This document shows, one piece after another, positions 1-11,518 of a stretch of DNA of 64,000 nt (within the stretch, counting starts at the first letter, position 1; each line of letters begins with the position of its first letter). The notes beneath the pieces are model-generated. The model was given only the letters and a program-made list of their open reading frames with translations, ran no database searches and had not been told where the DNA came from. Source of the DNA: Deltaproteobacteria bacterium (GTDB lineage Bacteria; Desulfobacterota; Desulfarculia; Adiutricales; Adiutricaceae); NCBI GenBank assembly GCA_031254895.1, contig JAIRTO010000324.1, positions 13 to 64,012 of the forward strand, written 5' to 3'. The translations under genes were made by a program, and so were the position numbers.

Positions 1-37
1 CGCGGGCCGCGGGGGCGCCCGGAGCGCCCGGGCCCGA

Positions 38-1258
38 TTAAGGCAGAGGTTCTTTGGTGAGGTCGACGGGATTCTCTTCCAAGGTCATGTCGAAAACCTT
101 GGCGTCGTAAGTCTCCAGAAGCTTCCAGATGTTGACGCCCGAGCCGGTCGGGTCGGCTTCGACCATGACGACTTTGCTGAGAAATTGATGAGTGCGCGGA
201 TCCACGTAAGTGGGCGTGTCGCGCAGATTGTCTTCGATCTCCATGCCTTCCAAAGCCAGGATGATCTTGTCGACGTCGTCGGCCGAACCGGCCTTTTCGA
301 TGGCTCTGGCCACGGCCTTCAGGGCCACGTAGCCGTTGTAGTTGGTGCTGTCCAACACCGGGAGGATGGCGTCGGGGAACATTTCGTGGAATTTTTCCGA
401 AGCGGCTTTCATCTTCGGATTTTCGTCCCAATAGATTTCAGCCGCATAGTAGCCGCGATGCTCGTCGGCGGGCAGCGGGTAGCCGTCGACGAAGTCTTGC
501 AGGGTGTAAACGACCTGCATTTTGTCGTGAATGCGATATTCGGCCAGTTGCTTGAGCAAGGCCACGTTGTCGAAGCCGGCGCAGGTGATCATTAGGACGT
601 CCGCGTCGGAGTCGCGCACCTGCAAAAGCTGGGCGCTGAAATCGCGGGTGCCCATGGGGAACTTGACTTCGCCTACTTCGGTGCCGCCGTTTTTGGTCAG
701 AACGTCGCGAGCCCATCTGGTGCCGGAATGACCCCAGGAATAATCGTGGGTCATGAAGAACCATTTCTTGCCCAGATTATTGATGGCGTAAGTGCCGGCG
801 GCTCGGCCCAGACTGGCCATGTTGGGAGCGACTCGAAACATGTTGCGCACGGCCCGGGTGGAAGTCAGCTCGTCGGAATTCGCGTTGGTGGCGATGTACA
901 GCGCCCCGCGCTCCTGAGCCACCGCCCCCACGGCCATGCCGACGGAAGAGTTGACTCCGCCCATGAAGATCTTGATGCCGTCTCTTTCAATCAGACCGCG
1001 CACCCGTCGGGCGGCGGTGTCCGGATTGGTTTCGGAGTCCGCCACCACCAGCTCCACCGGACGACCCAAAATGGTTCCGCCCAATTCCTTCAAGGCCATT
1101 TCCATGCCGGCCCTTTCCAGAACGCCGTGGTCGCCGTAATTTCCGGAAACGGGGCTGACCACTCCGATTTTCAACGTCTCTTGAGCGCTCGCCGAAACGG
1201 CCAGGCCGAAGAAGAGACAAAAAGCAAACAGAAGACCGCTTAAAACCGCCTTTTTCAT
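38..1258 (-). CDS. ABC transporter periplasmic substrate-binding protein, branched-chain amino acid (LivJ/LivK-like, type 1 PBP) family
   Basis: 406-aa ORF with a signal peptide (MKKAVLSGLLFAFCLFFGLAVSASA). It continues LKIGVVSPVSGNYGDHG..., typical of Leu/Ile/Val-binding proteins. An AGGAGG RBS lies upstream on the minus strand (plus strand reads cat gactacctcct). Confidence 0.85.
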   Translation of the reverse strand: MKKAVLSGLLFAFCLFFGLAVSASAQETLKIGVVSPVSGNYGDHGVLERAGMEMALKELGGTILGRPVELVVADSETNPDTAARRVRGLIERDGIKIFMGGVNSSVGMAVGAVAQERGALYIATNANSDELTSTRAVRNMFRVAPNMASLGRAAGTYAINNLGKKWFFMTHDYSWGHSGTRWARDVLTKNGGTEVGEVKFPMGTRDFSAQLLQVRDSDADVLMITCAGFDNVALLKQLAEYRIHDKMQVVYTLQDFVDGYPLPADEHRGYYAAEIYWDENPKMKAASEKFHEMFPDAILPVLDSTNYNGYVALKAVARAIEKAGSADDVDKIILALEGMEIEDNLRDTPTYVDPRTHQFLSKVVMVEADPTGSGVNIWKLLETYDAKVFDMTLEENPVDLTKEPLP

Positions 1259-1463
1259 GACTACCTCCTAAAAAGTATGTCCAGTCATTTCAAAGCCGCC
1301 CGTAAAAAGGGCGGGGTTTCAGGATAAAAAAGCCTTTGCCCTAAGAAACGAATCAGACCGCGCCGCTTGATTCGTCTTTGGATCGACGCCGTCGGCCAGG
1401 AAAGCGGCTGACGTCGGCTCGCTTCCCCTCCTTTTCCGGCGAAAAAAAAGTGAGAGGGCCTTA

Positions 1464-1481
1464 AATGTAATCGGTTACATT
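1464..1481. promoter_or_regulatory. Perfect 7-bp inverted repeat AATGTAA-TCGG-TTACATT, a candidate operator upstream of the livJ-like gene
   Basis: Palindrome read directly from the sequence, about 206 bp upstream of the minus-strand start codon. No cognate regulator was identified. Confidence 0.2.
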
Positions 1482-2342
1482 AACAGGCCGCCACATTTTC
1501 GAGAAATTTCTCCCTCGTTTTAAAAAGGCGCAATTATGATCAGGAACTGAACTAACGACGCGCCATAGGGCGAAAACGCCGCGACGTCGTTAAAGTCTTG
1601 GTATAATAGGCTGAAGAACAAAGTCTCGACGACAAGCGTTTTGGTTTCGCGTCATTGAGACTCGTTCGGCCAAAGAAAAGAAAAAAACGCCGACCGATTT
1701 GGACGATAATCGTCGACCTTACGGCGAGCCGAAAGGCGGACGATTATGTAACCCGATACATCGGAGACTAAAAGTTGAAAGATTCGGTCGGTCTGACAAA
1801 AAAGCCTTATCCGACGAACAGAATGATAATCGCGGCGTCAACGCTGAAATTTTTGGGGGCCCTTTCGGGAGTCGCCTTTCGCGTCGTCGCGAAAGGAAAG
1901 CAAAACGCCGGGCGATTATGGGAAAATCTAAACTGATTTTTATGTCAAAAAGCTATATTGGCTGTTGCCAAATCCTACCAAAAATATGAAAAAAAGGCAA
2001 GCTTTTTTTTCGTTTTTTTTAGAGGCCAAATTGAGAGGCGCCTTGCCGAACGGAGCCAAGCTCCGCTCGGCTCCGTCGCGGTAGACTTGCGGCCTGGCTG
2101 CGCCGCGCTCCTTCGCGGCTTCGCTTTCTATGGCGGCTTGGCTGAGTCGCGCTCCTTCGCTGCGTCGCTTTCTATCGCGGCATGGCAGAGTCGCTTTCTT
2201 TGGCCGCTTCGCGGAGCGGCTGATGAAGCCGTGCCAAGGGCTTCCGGCGTCAAAAGAAAATAGGCCCGTTTGGGCGCCTTAAAAAGGATCAATATATAAA
2301 GTGAACTGGCCATCGCCGTCGCGGCCTTCCCTCGTAGGTTTG

Positions 2343-2440
2343 GCGAGGGAAATCGGACGAGACGATGCGGACGAAACGAAGCGGACGAAGCGAATCGGGC
2401 GAGGCGATGCGGACGAGACGATGCGGGCAAGGCGACGCGG
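2343..2440. repeat. Degenerate stutter array of gcggacga / gatgcgg words
   Basis: gcggacgagacgatgcggacgaaacgaagcggacgaagcgaatcgggcgaggcgatgcggacgagacgatgcgggc; short words reiterated with substitutions. Confidence 0.7.
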
Positions 2441-2757
2441 GAAAAATTAAGGGGGGGGGCAAGGAGCGACTCGATAAGGGCTTTTCAGTCTTCGCGACCT
2501 GGCTCTAACCGACGATGTTGGTTGTCGGGCTCCAGCCGAGCTTCTGGGGCGCCTCTCTCGCCTGTTCGCCGGTTTTATTTTTGGAGTTCGTTTTTATTAG
2601 AGACGCTTTGTCCGAAAGCCGGACTTATTGACCTTCGACCATCCTCCAAAGACGACCAACAGACGACCAACAGACGAACGACTCGTCAAACGTGTTTTCG
2701 TTTCGGCGGCTTAGCCGAGGAAGGCGAAAAAAAAATGACGGACTTCGCAAAAGGATC

Positions 2758-2785
2758 TTGACATCACGGCGCAAATGTTTATATT
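2758..2785 (+). promoter_or_regulatory. Sigma70-type promoter candidate for groES-groEL (TTGACA-N16-TATATT)
   Basis: TTGACA at 2758-2763 and TATATT at 2780-2785. A CIRCE-like element lies immediately downstream. Confidence 0.45.
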
Positions 2786-2794
2786 TGCATTTGT

Positions 2795-2821
2795 CTGGCA
2801 GACGAGGGTCGAGAGTGCTAA
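2795..2821 (+). promoter_or_regulatory. CIRCE-like (HrcA operator) element with a degenerate left arm
   Basis: Sequence is CTGGCAGAC-N9-GAGTGCTAA versus the consensus TTAGCACTC-N9-GAGTGCTAA. The right arm is perfect and the left arm matches 5 of 9. It sits just after the -10, upstream of groES. Confidence 0.35.
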
Positions 2822-3102
2822 TCCGACTCCTTGTGAATCTTCCGTTTCTTGGATCTGTCTGAGAGCTGATTTTTACATTGGACGTTTCTCTTGTTCAGCG
2901 TCAATTTCATGACAAGAAAGTGTTTATCTTATCTTTTATCCGCAAAGTTACATTTTTGTTAATTTAATATTGACTAACATAGGGTTTTAGTTCTGAACGA
3001 ACTATAAATCTTTCCACCTTCCTGTTTCGACGACAGGAATTAGGTTAACGGAACCAGTCGCAAGACTGTGTTAAGCATGCACATTTAATAAGGAGTAAAG
3101 AC

Positions 3103-3390
3103 ATGAACGTGCGTCCTTTATCGGATCGGATTCTGGTCAAACGCCTTGAGGAAGAGGAAAAGACCAAAGGCGGAATCATCATTCCCGATACGGCCAAAGA
3201 GAAGCCCCAGCAGGGCAAGGTGGTGAACGTCGGCGAAGGCAAGGTTCTGGACAACGGTTCCAGAGTGACCCCCGGCGTCAAAGTCGGCGAGACCGTCTTG
3301 TTCGGCAAATATTCCGGAACCGAGATTAAGCTGGACGGCCAAGAGTATTTGATCCTTCGCGAAGACGACATCTTCGGCGTCATCGAGTAA
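3103..3390 (+). CDS. groES: Co-chaperonin GroES
   Basis: 95 aa, [41 protein letters not shown]...; canonical Cpn10 sequence with an AAGGAG RBS upstream. Confidence 0.97.
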   Translation: MNVRPLSDRILVKRLEEEEKTKGGIIIPDTAKEKPQQGKVVNVGEGKVLDNGSRVTPGVKVGETVLFGKYSGTEIKLDGQEYLILREDDIFGVIE

Positions 3391-3397
3391 GCGAAAC

Positions 3398-3435
3398 TCG
3401 GCGAAAGCCGTCCGAAAGAGCTTCGCCGAATTTTT
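3398..3435 (+). terminator. Terminator-like hairpin after groES (8-bp stem TCGGCGAA/TTCGCCGA, then ATTTTT)
   Basis: The stem arms at 3398-3405 and 3422-3429 are perfectly complementary, with a T-run at 3431-3435. It lies inside the unusually long groES-groEL spacer. Confidence 0.4.
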
Positions 3436-3451
3436 GGCTTCTTTTTAATGA

Positions 3452-5347
<1,896 letters not shown>

Positions 5348-5362
5348 TCTTCGTCCAATTCC

Positions 5363-5395
5363 GAGCTCTGGAGACGACGCGCGTCTCCGGAGCTC
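5363..5395 (+). terminator. Strong 14-bp hairpin downstream of groEL, with no clear U-tract
   Basis: GAGCTCTGGAGACG-acgcg-CGTCTCCGGAGCTC, with one G-U pair, 16 nt after the groEL stop. Confidence 0.45.
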
Positions 5396-5473
5396 CGGCT
5401 GATTGTCTTGATGAAAGCACGCGAAACGGTCGGGATTCGTCCTGGCCGTTTTTTTTGTTTTGACGGGAGACTG

Positions 5474-5545
5474 ACGAACGCGGACGAACGCTTTGACGAG
5501 CGCGGAAGAGCGCGGAAGAGCGCGGAAGAGCGCGAACGAGCGCTT
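5474..5545. repeat. Stutter array with cgcggaagag x3 and flanking acgaacgc words
   Basis: Exact 10-bp unit cgcggaagag at 5501-5530, flanked by related words. Confidence 0.75.
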
Positions 5546-6461
5546 GGCCGAGCTCGGCGATGCTTCGGCGGAAGAGAAGGTCGGCCCCCTTTGGGGATGA
5601 TTTGCTGGGCTTCTTTTTGGCGGATAGGGAAAAATTTCGACCAAAAAGGCTCTTGAAATTTAGTCGTCAAATTTTCGGAAGAGAAGGGTCGGAAAGAAGT
5701 CCGAACCCTGGCCGATAGATCGGCCAAAAACGGCGGGGAGATCGCTCCCGCCAAAGGGGCGGCCGCACCTTTGGCGGGTTCGGCGGGACAGCCTAAGGCC
5801 CTTTTGGTCGAGTTTTCTTTTGACGGCAGGAAAGACTAAATGATCCTAGTTTGGATGTAATCGATATTTCCAGATAAATATAAAAATGCGCCCTAAACGA
5901 AAACAATGGCGACGCGAAGAGGACCAAGCGAGGAAAGGGGGAGAATAGGGCGGCGTTTTGAAAAATAATTAGTGTTTTTGTAGAATTGTCTGAAAAGCGT
6001 GGTTTATTTGAAACGGCATCATATAAATCAATATTTGCCTATTTCTGCCGAATTGTCTTTTTATCCCATATGTTGCGTTAATGGGCCAGCTTTCGGGCTA
6101 GATGTTGCGAGGCGAGGTCAGGAAAAAATAACCCCCCGAAATCTTGATTTCGCGGTCGGCTTGTGTTATTGTTTTCGCATGGTTAGTCCAAATGACACCA
6201 GAATGACGCGTTGCGTGAACTGATTTTGTCTCTTTGTTCGGCTAAATTCCCGTTCTCGGACTAAGTCGAGCTAAGTAGCGTTTTTTATGGTTTTTCGGGA
6301 TTATGAACATTTTTCGGCTAACGCTAGTTTTGTTCATGATTCCTCTGTTTATTCAGGTCTGATCAAAAACAGGCTCGCTCCCTTTAGCCTTAAAGTCAGG
6401 ATCAAACTGAACCCTTAAGGCGCCGACGGGGCGAAGGTTGATCTGACCTGCAGCGGAAGGT

Positions 6462-7052
6462 ATGACGCCAATGGAGAATTCAAGAAATTTATGGGTGATA
6501 AGACCCGAACCAAATTTCGTTAATCGTTTGGGCGTTTTTTTGCGCGAAGGCATTGTGGCCATCGGTTGGCCGGCGGTCGGCGATCTTAACGGCTTGTCGC
6601 GCGAGGGGCTCTCGGAGCGTCTGACCGACACTTACAATCATTATCTGAACGAACAGAAAAGCGATTTGGCCGTGGCCGCCGGAGTTCTGGATCGTTTCGT
6701 CAACCAAATCAACGCCGGGGACGTCGTTCTGGTGCCTGACGGCCAGGACGTCTATTTGGCCAGAGTGGACGGTCCCTACGAATACCACTCCGAGTACAGC
6801 CCCGACACCCCTGACGCCGGCTATCCTCATTGGCACAAAGTCAATTTTCTCAACTCCGGCCGTCCTTTATGCCGCATCAGGGAATTGCCTCTTGGCGTCA
6901 GACGGAGCATTGACTGCCGATTGACCGTCTTTTCCATCCATTCAGCGGCCAAGTCGATGTGGAGTTTCTTGGACACGCAAAAAATCGGGGGCCTCGAGTC
7001 GACGGCTGCGGCGTCCGCTGCGGTAAGAGAGATCAGATCTAGAGCCGTATGA
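6462..7052 (+). CDS. Hypothetical protein with a PUA/EVE-like domain of the kind found at the N-terminus of some Mrr/McrB-type restriction proteins; no nuclease or NTPase domain
   Basis: 196 aa with a GGAAGG RBS. The pattern is NLWVIRPEP...FLREGIVAIGWPAVGDLNGLS...INAGDVVLVP...YLARVDGPYEYH...HWHKVNFL...TVFSI. From memory this matches N-terminal sensor domains of Mrr-cat/McrB-like proteins. The gene sits in an AT-rich islet. Confidence 0.6.
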   Translation: MTPMENSRNLWVIRPEPNFVNRLGVFLREGIVAIGWPAVGDLNGLSREGLSERLTDTYNHYLNEQKSDLAVAAGVLDRFVNQINAGDVVLVPDGQDVYLARVDGPYEYHSEYSPDTPDAGYPHWHKVNFLNSGRPLCRIRELPLGVRRSIDCRLTVFSIHSAAKSMWSFLDTQKIGGLESTAAASAAVREIRSRAV

Positions 7053-7196
7053 ATCGGCCGACGACCGGTCTCTCGGACGTCAAGACGGCGACGACAAAAT
7101 CTTCTTTTTTCTGGTCGAAAGAAAAGTAGCCATCGATTTATCAATATTGACGCAAAGATGTCTTCGCAGACGTCTTCGCGGCCATTTTCATTAACG

Positions 7197-7256
7197 CGAA
7201 AAGGCCGTTTTTTTTGGTCAGACGACATGTTCGTCTCCCAAAAAAACGGCCTTTCG
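7197..7256. terminator. Nested inverted repeat, a possible bidirectional terminator
   Basis: CGAAAAGGCCGTTTTTTTT ... AAAAAAACGGCCTTTCG encloses an inner GACGA-catgt-TCGTC hairpin. It lies 145 bp after the stop of the EVE-like gene. Confidence 0.4.
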
Positions 7257-8005
7257 TCAATCATCGCCGAAATCCCGCCCAGCCAAAAACCTCCTTCCGC
7301 CTGATCGTCTCCCGAAAGTTCGTCTCCCAAAAGATCGCCTCCCGCCAGTTCGTCCACAGCCGGATCGTCTCCATCTAACCCGTTTCCTTTTCTTGTCCTC
7401 TCGCCGAAATCCGTCATATGCGTCCTAAGGCGCGAGGACGATTCAAAACCGTCAAACTGTCAGATCCGTCGCCCCGAAAGCGAAAAAAGCGTTTCCCTTT
7501 TTTTGCGGCCGGAGCGAGAGACATTAAAAACCCCCCAAATATTCTAATCTTCCGGAGACAAGGCAGGCTAGATTCGTTATTTCAATTTCTTCGGAAGACG
7601 CGAACCGAGAGGGTCTGTCGGAGGGTCAGCCTCAGTCTGACGCGAGCGGACGGAACGACGGCTCGCTTTCGAGCGGGTCTCTTTAGTCCTAGACCTGCGA
7701 AAGGATTGGGTTTCGCCGATTTTGCCTTGTCCGGATTCTTCGCCTTATGCTAGACTGAACGCCGTCGGCAAAAAAAAATATATCGCCTCCGGCAGGCTCC
7801 TGTTTTGGAGTCTGAGCCGATTCGTCAAGTTCGCTCCGATTTCCGTCGACTGCGGCCAAGGGGCGAAAGCTCCGAGCGATCGCCATTTAAAAAAGATTGC
7901 GCCGTTATGAACGCGGAAGACTCTGTAGAGAAGATGCGCGAATCTTCGAGGCGCGAAGCTCGAGAGACAGGGAATCGAGATCTAAGGAATTTGAAGGGGT
8001 TTGCC

Positions 8006-9301
8006 ATGAAAATGAAAAAAAAGATCCCTTTGGTCGGCGCGGCTTTCCTCGCCTTTCTCTTGGCCGTTTTGACGCCGTTATGGCCAGGCTCTCTTTTCGC
8101 TCAGGAGGGCGGCGGATCTCTGAGCGGCCAGATGTCGGACTATCAGGAAATCAGGCGACAGATTTCCCGCACCATGGAGGCGGCTACGGTCTGGGTGATA
8201 GTCACTAACGGGCATGACCTCGAAGGAACCGGGACGGGGTTTTCGGTCGCCCCCGGCTACATAATGACCAACGCTCATGTGGTCGGCAGCCGGCGGCCCA
8301 AAGGCGACGTGTACCTCATCAACTCGGAGTTGTCTTTGACCAAGGCGGAAGTGGTCGGGTATCTTTTGGACGAAGATACCGGCATGGACGTGGGATTGCG
8401 CGATTTCGCCCTGCTGAAATACGACGTCGCCGGGAAGGCGTCTCTGCCGGTTTTGACCTTCAACCTCGACGTCGTCAAAATGGACAGAATAGGCGCCTGG
8501 GGCTATCCTGGGGTGGTGACCCAATTCGATCAAAGCTCCAGCTCCTTTAAACTTAGAGGCGGAACCCTCGTCGACGTGAAGCCCGCGCCGGTGGTGTTCA
8601 CTGACGGAACCATCAGCACTCTGGTGGAAAATGAGAACGGCGGCAAATCCATCATCCACACGGCCCCCATAAACAGAGGCAACAGCGGAGGACCGCTGGT
8701 CAACGGGCGGGGGGAAGTCGTCGGCATAAACACTTGGGTCTACTCGGAAGACGAATTCAGCACCGTCAACATCGCCATCACCTCCAACGACATCCTCGAT
8801 TTTTTGAAGCATAACGGCGTCGAGCCCAAATTGGCTTCCGGCCAGACCCATACCGCTTCGGTCAGAAGACCTCCCGTGACCAGACCAGATTCCAGAAGCG
8901 GCTCCAGAAGCGGGTCCAGGGAACAGGAAGACAGAGTAAGACGCGTCGGCGGCTTCAGCGTCAAAGTGCCTAACAATTGGTCAGTGATGATGCAGGAAGA
9001 AGATTGCATCCTATTGACCGACGACGAAATGGAGACCCTGATGTTTTTGGGCATGAGCTCCAACGAAGGACTGCCCATCACCCAAGTGGTCAAAAATTAC
9101 GCCGAGGAGATGGCGGCCAAAGAGCCCGCCTATTTGCCGGATGACGACGTCTGGGTTATGGAAGGCTCGCTCCAAGAAATGGACTGCGTGGTCTTCGTGG
9201 CCGGCGACGAAGCGAAAGACTTGCATTCGGTGGTCTTGATTTCAGGAGAATTCAACAATCCGGGGATTGCCGACATAATCGACAGCCTGGTGGAGCATTA
9301 G
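8006..9301 (+). CDS. Secreted trypsin-like serine protease (S1C/DegP-like catalytic domain, no PDZ seen) with an uncharacterised C-terminal domain
   Basis: I start at ATG 8006 (GAAGGGG RBS, signal peptide MKMKKKIPLVGAAFLAFLLAV). The catalytic triad contexts are TNAHVV, DFALLKYD and GNSGGPLVNGRGEVVGINTW. The ORF-track extension to 7805 lacks support. Confidence 0.85.
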   Translation: MKMKKKIPLVGAAFLAFLLAVLTPLWPGSLFAQEGGGSLSGQMSDYQEIRRQISRTMEAATVWVIVTNGHDLEGTGTGFSVAPGYIMTNAHVVGSRRPKGDVYLINSELSLTKAEVVGYLLDEDTGMDVGLRDFALLKYDVAGKASLPVLTFNLDVVKMDRIGAWGYPGVVTQFDQSSSSFKLRGGTLVDVKPAPVVFTDGTISTLVENENGGKSIIHTAPINRGNSGGPLVNGRGEVVGINTWVYSEDEFSTVNIAITSNDILDFLKHNGVEPKLASGQTHTASVRRPPVTRPDSRSGSRSGSREQEDRVRRVGGFSVKVPNNWSVMMQEEDCILLTDDEMETLMFLGMSSNEGLPITQVVKNYAEEMAAKEPAYLPDDDVWVMEGSLQEMDCVVFVAGDEAKDLHSVVLISGEFNNPGIADIIDSLVEH

Positions 9302-9563
9302 AGGGACGCCTGTCCGGAACATTTTGAAGGCCGGGGAGATGGAGAGCGAACCTGACTTGTCGCCCCGGTCATGGCGACAGGGGGCGCGTCTGCCGGAGGC
9401 GGCGACCTTGGCGGGTCGCGACCTGATCGGCCATCCGGATCGGCTGGCGCGGCCGCGAGGGCTTCGGGCTTGTTTGGCGGGAAAGACCGTCGTTTTTTCT
9501 TCTTCTTTACTCCAAAATAACAGGCGACCGCAAAAATCAGCCTATGCCCGATTTTTTAGAGTT

Positions 9564-11021
9564 TTAAATCAAATCATCCAAAGCCCTAGCCCGATTGTCG
9601 CACGAAGAGCGATAGGTCAGGCCTCCTGGAGCGTCCAGAGCCGCTTTGCAGTGGAAGATGGAGTCTTCGGGCCTGCCGGTGGCTTCATAAAAGGACGACA
9701 GAAGGTAATGGCCCTTGGCCAGCTGTCCGTGTTGGCCGAAGAAAAGACCGGCTTGCTCCAGGACAGCCGGGTAGTAGTCGTCCGCTTTTTTTGAAGCCTG
9801 GTCGTACATCTGCGACGCTTCCTTATCGCGTCCGGTCAGTTCGTAGGCTCTGGCCAAGCCCGAAATGGTTTGGATGTTGTTGAATCCGGCTTTTTTGGCT
9901 TGCTCGAAGTAGCCGAGAGCCTTTTCCGGCTTCCGCCGCTTCAGCTCCAGCTCTCCGAAATCGGTCAGGTACTCGCCGTTGTTGGGAGAGAGGGCCAAGG
10001 CTTTGTTGAACATGCTCTCGGCCTGGCTGTAGTTCATCTCTCTGGCCGCGACCAGTCCCAGACCGTGATAGGCCGAGGCGTCGGCCGGGTCGGCGTTGAT
10101 GCGGTCGGTGAAGACTCTTCTGGCTCGGTTGGCCAGGGAGGTCAGAGCCATGACCCTGTCTTTGACGGCCAGATACGTTTCGTCCTTGGGGGCCGGCGGA
10201 GCGTCGGCCTGATCGGCGAAGGTGGAGGCCAGACGCGAGCTCAAGCCCGGGTGGGTGCTCAAGTAGCCGGGCACGTTGCCCCTAAGCTGGTAGCTTTGGT
10301 CGTTCATGACCTTGAAAGCCCCGTACATGTCCCGAGGGTTGTAGCCGGCCTTGATCAAGTAGCCTCGCCCTCTCGAGTCGGCTTCAGTTTCGTCGGCTCG
10401 GGAGTTGGCCAGCATGGCCTGTATGGAAGCCCCTGTTCCGCCTATCATCAAAGCTTGGCCGAGCGCGGCCGTATTTTGTCCGCCGCCGCCCGTTCCCGCC
10501 AAGGCGATGCCGGCCAGCATGCCGACCATATTCAGGATGGAGAGGGATTTGGCCGATTCCGAGCGCCTGGCGAAGTGTCGCGAAGTTATGTGGGCCACTT
10601 CGTGGGCCAGGATGGCGGCCAGTTGCCCTTCGTTCTCCAGACTGTTGATCGTTTCCGTGTGCAGATAGATGTAGCCGCCCGGCACGGCGAAGGCGTTTAA
10701 GGAACTGCCTCTGATGATGTAGAAATGGTAAGGAAAAGGCTGTTTGCCGGCGGCTCCGAGGATTCTTTCGCAGATGCGGCGGAAATAGTTGTTGGCTATG
10801 GGGTCATCGAAGATGACTCCCGATGAGGATATCTGCGAGTGAACCTGGCGGCCTATTTCTATTTCTTCCCGCTGTCCGGCCAAGGCCGCCGAAGGCGCGA
10901 AAAACAGCGACAGAGCGAGCCCTATGACCAGAAGCTTTGACCACAAAACGTTTTTTCTCGTCTTAGCCACTTTTCCCCCTCCCTTTCCAACCTGTCCTGT
11001 CCGACGTGTCTGACCTGTCAT
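9564..11021 (-). CDS. M48-family zinc metallopeptidase with C-terminal TPR repeats (BepA/YfgC-like)
   Basis: HEVAHITSRH (HExxH) motif, an N-terminal hydrophobic anchor and TPR-like repeats (AYHGLGLVAAREMNYSQAESMFNKALAL...). Confidence 0.85.
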   Translation of the reverse strand: MTGQTRRTGQVGKGGGKVAKTRKNVLWSKLLVIGLALSLFFAPSAALAGQREEIEIGRQVHSQISSSGVIFDDPIANNYFRRICERILGAAGKQPFPYHFYIIRGSSLNAFAVPGGYIYLHTETINSLENEGQLAAILAHEVAHITSRHFARRSESAKSLSILNMVGMLAGIALAGTGGGGQNTAALGQALMIGGTGASIQAMLANSRADETEADSRGRGYLIKAGYNPRDMYGAFKVMNDQSYQLRGNVPGYLSTHPGLSSRLASTFADQADAPPAPKDETYLAVKDRVMALTSLANRARRVFTDRINADPADASAYHGLGLVAAREMNYSQAESMFNKALALSPNNGEYLTDFGELELKRRKPEKALGYFEQAKKAGFNNIQTISGLARAYELTGRDKEASQMYDQASKKADDYYPAVLEQAGLFFGQHGQLAKGHYLLSSFYEATGRPEDSIFHCKAALDAPGGLTYRSSCDNRARALDDLI

Positions 11022-11518
11022 GGTCTAAAATAAACATTATTTTAACAAATAAAATTTCTATAAGCAATTAAAGCAAAGTCAGAGTCTTAGAAAAGTGAAT
11101 ACGCGAAGAGATTATGTGTATATGGAAGGACGACTTGACGGGACGATTTAGAGGCGCCGTAAGGCGGATAAAAAGAAAACGGTTCGCCGGTTCACAAAAA
11201 ACTGTTTTCAAAAGCCGTTTTTTTAGCCGTCGACCGAAGTCGCCTGTTTCGAAAGTCGCCAGTTTCGAAGGAAAGTCTGGCGTTCAAAAGGGACTAGAGA
11301 AGATGAGTTTTTCCGGCCCCTAAGGGAGGCGGAGAAACAATTTGGCAATCCGCTGGCCGGGAGTTCCCTTCGGGCGGCAAAAGTTCCCAAAATGGCCAGG
11401 GAAACGCTTTGGGCCGCCTCTTGGGGAGGGGCGGACGCTCTTTTTTTGTTTGGAGCAAGGCCGCATTTCGGAACAGGGCCTTTTTGAAAAAAAACCTTCG
11501 CGTTTGGGCCGGAAAAAG

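Noticed and set aside
6827-7417. 196-aa minus-strand ORF overlapping the end of the EVE-like gene
   Set aside because: Its N-terminus is translated from a stutter array (DDPAVDELAGGDLLGDELSGDD). It overlaps the better-supported plus-strand gene by 225 nt. It has no RBS and no recognisable domain.
7805-8005. N-terminal extension of the S1 protease ORF
   Set aside because: It has no RBS and highly charged non-protein-like sequence. An ATG at 8006 has a good RBS and gives a proper signal peptide. Similar ORF-track extensions were trimmed for rlmE, MFS, OMT, dnaE, phoU, pstS, the flavodiiron protein, ppx and the REC-like gene.
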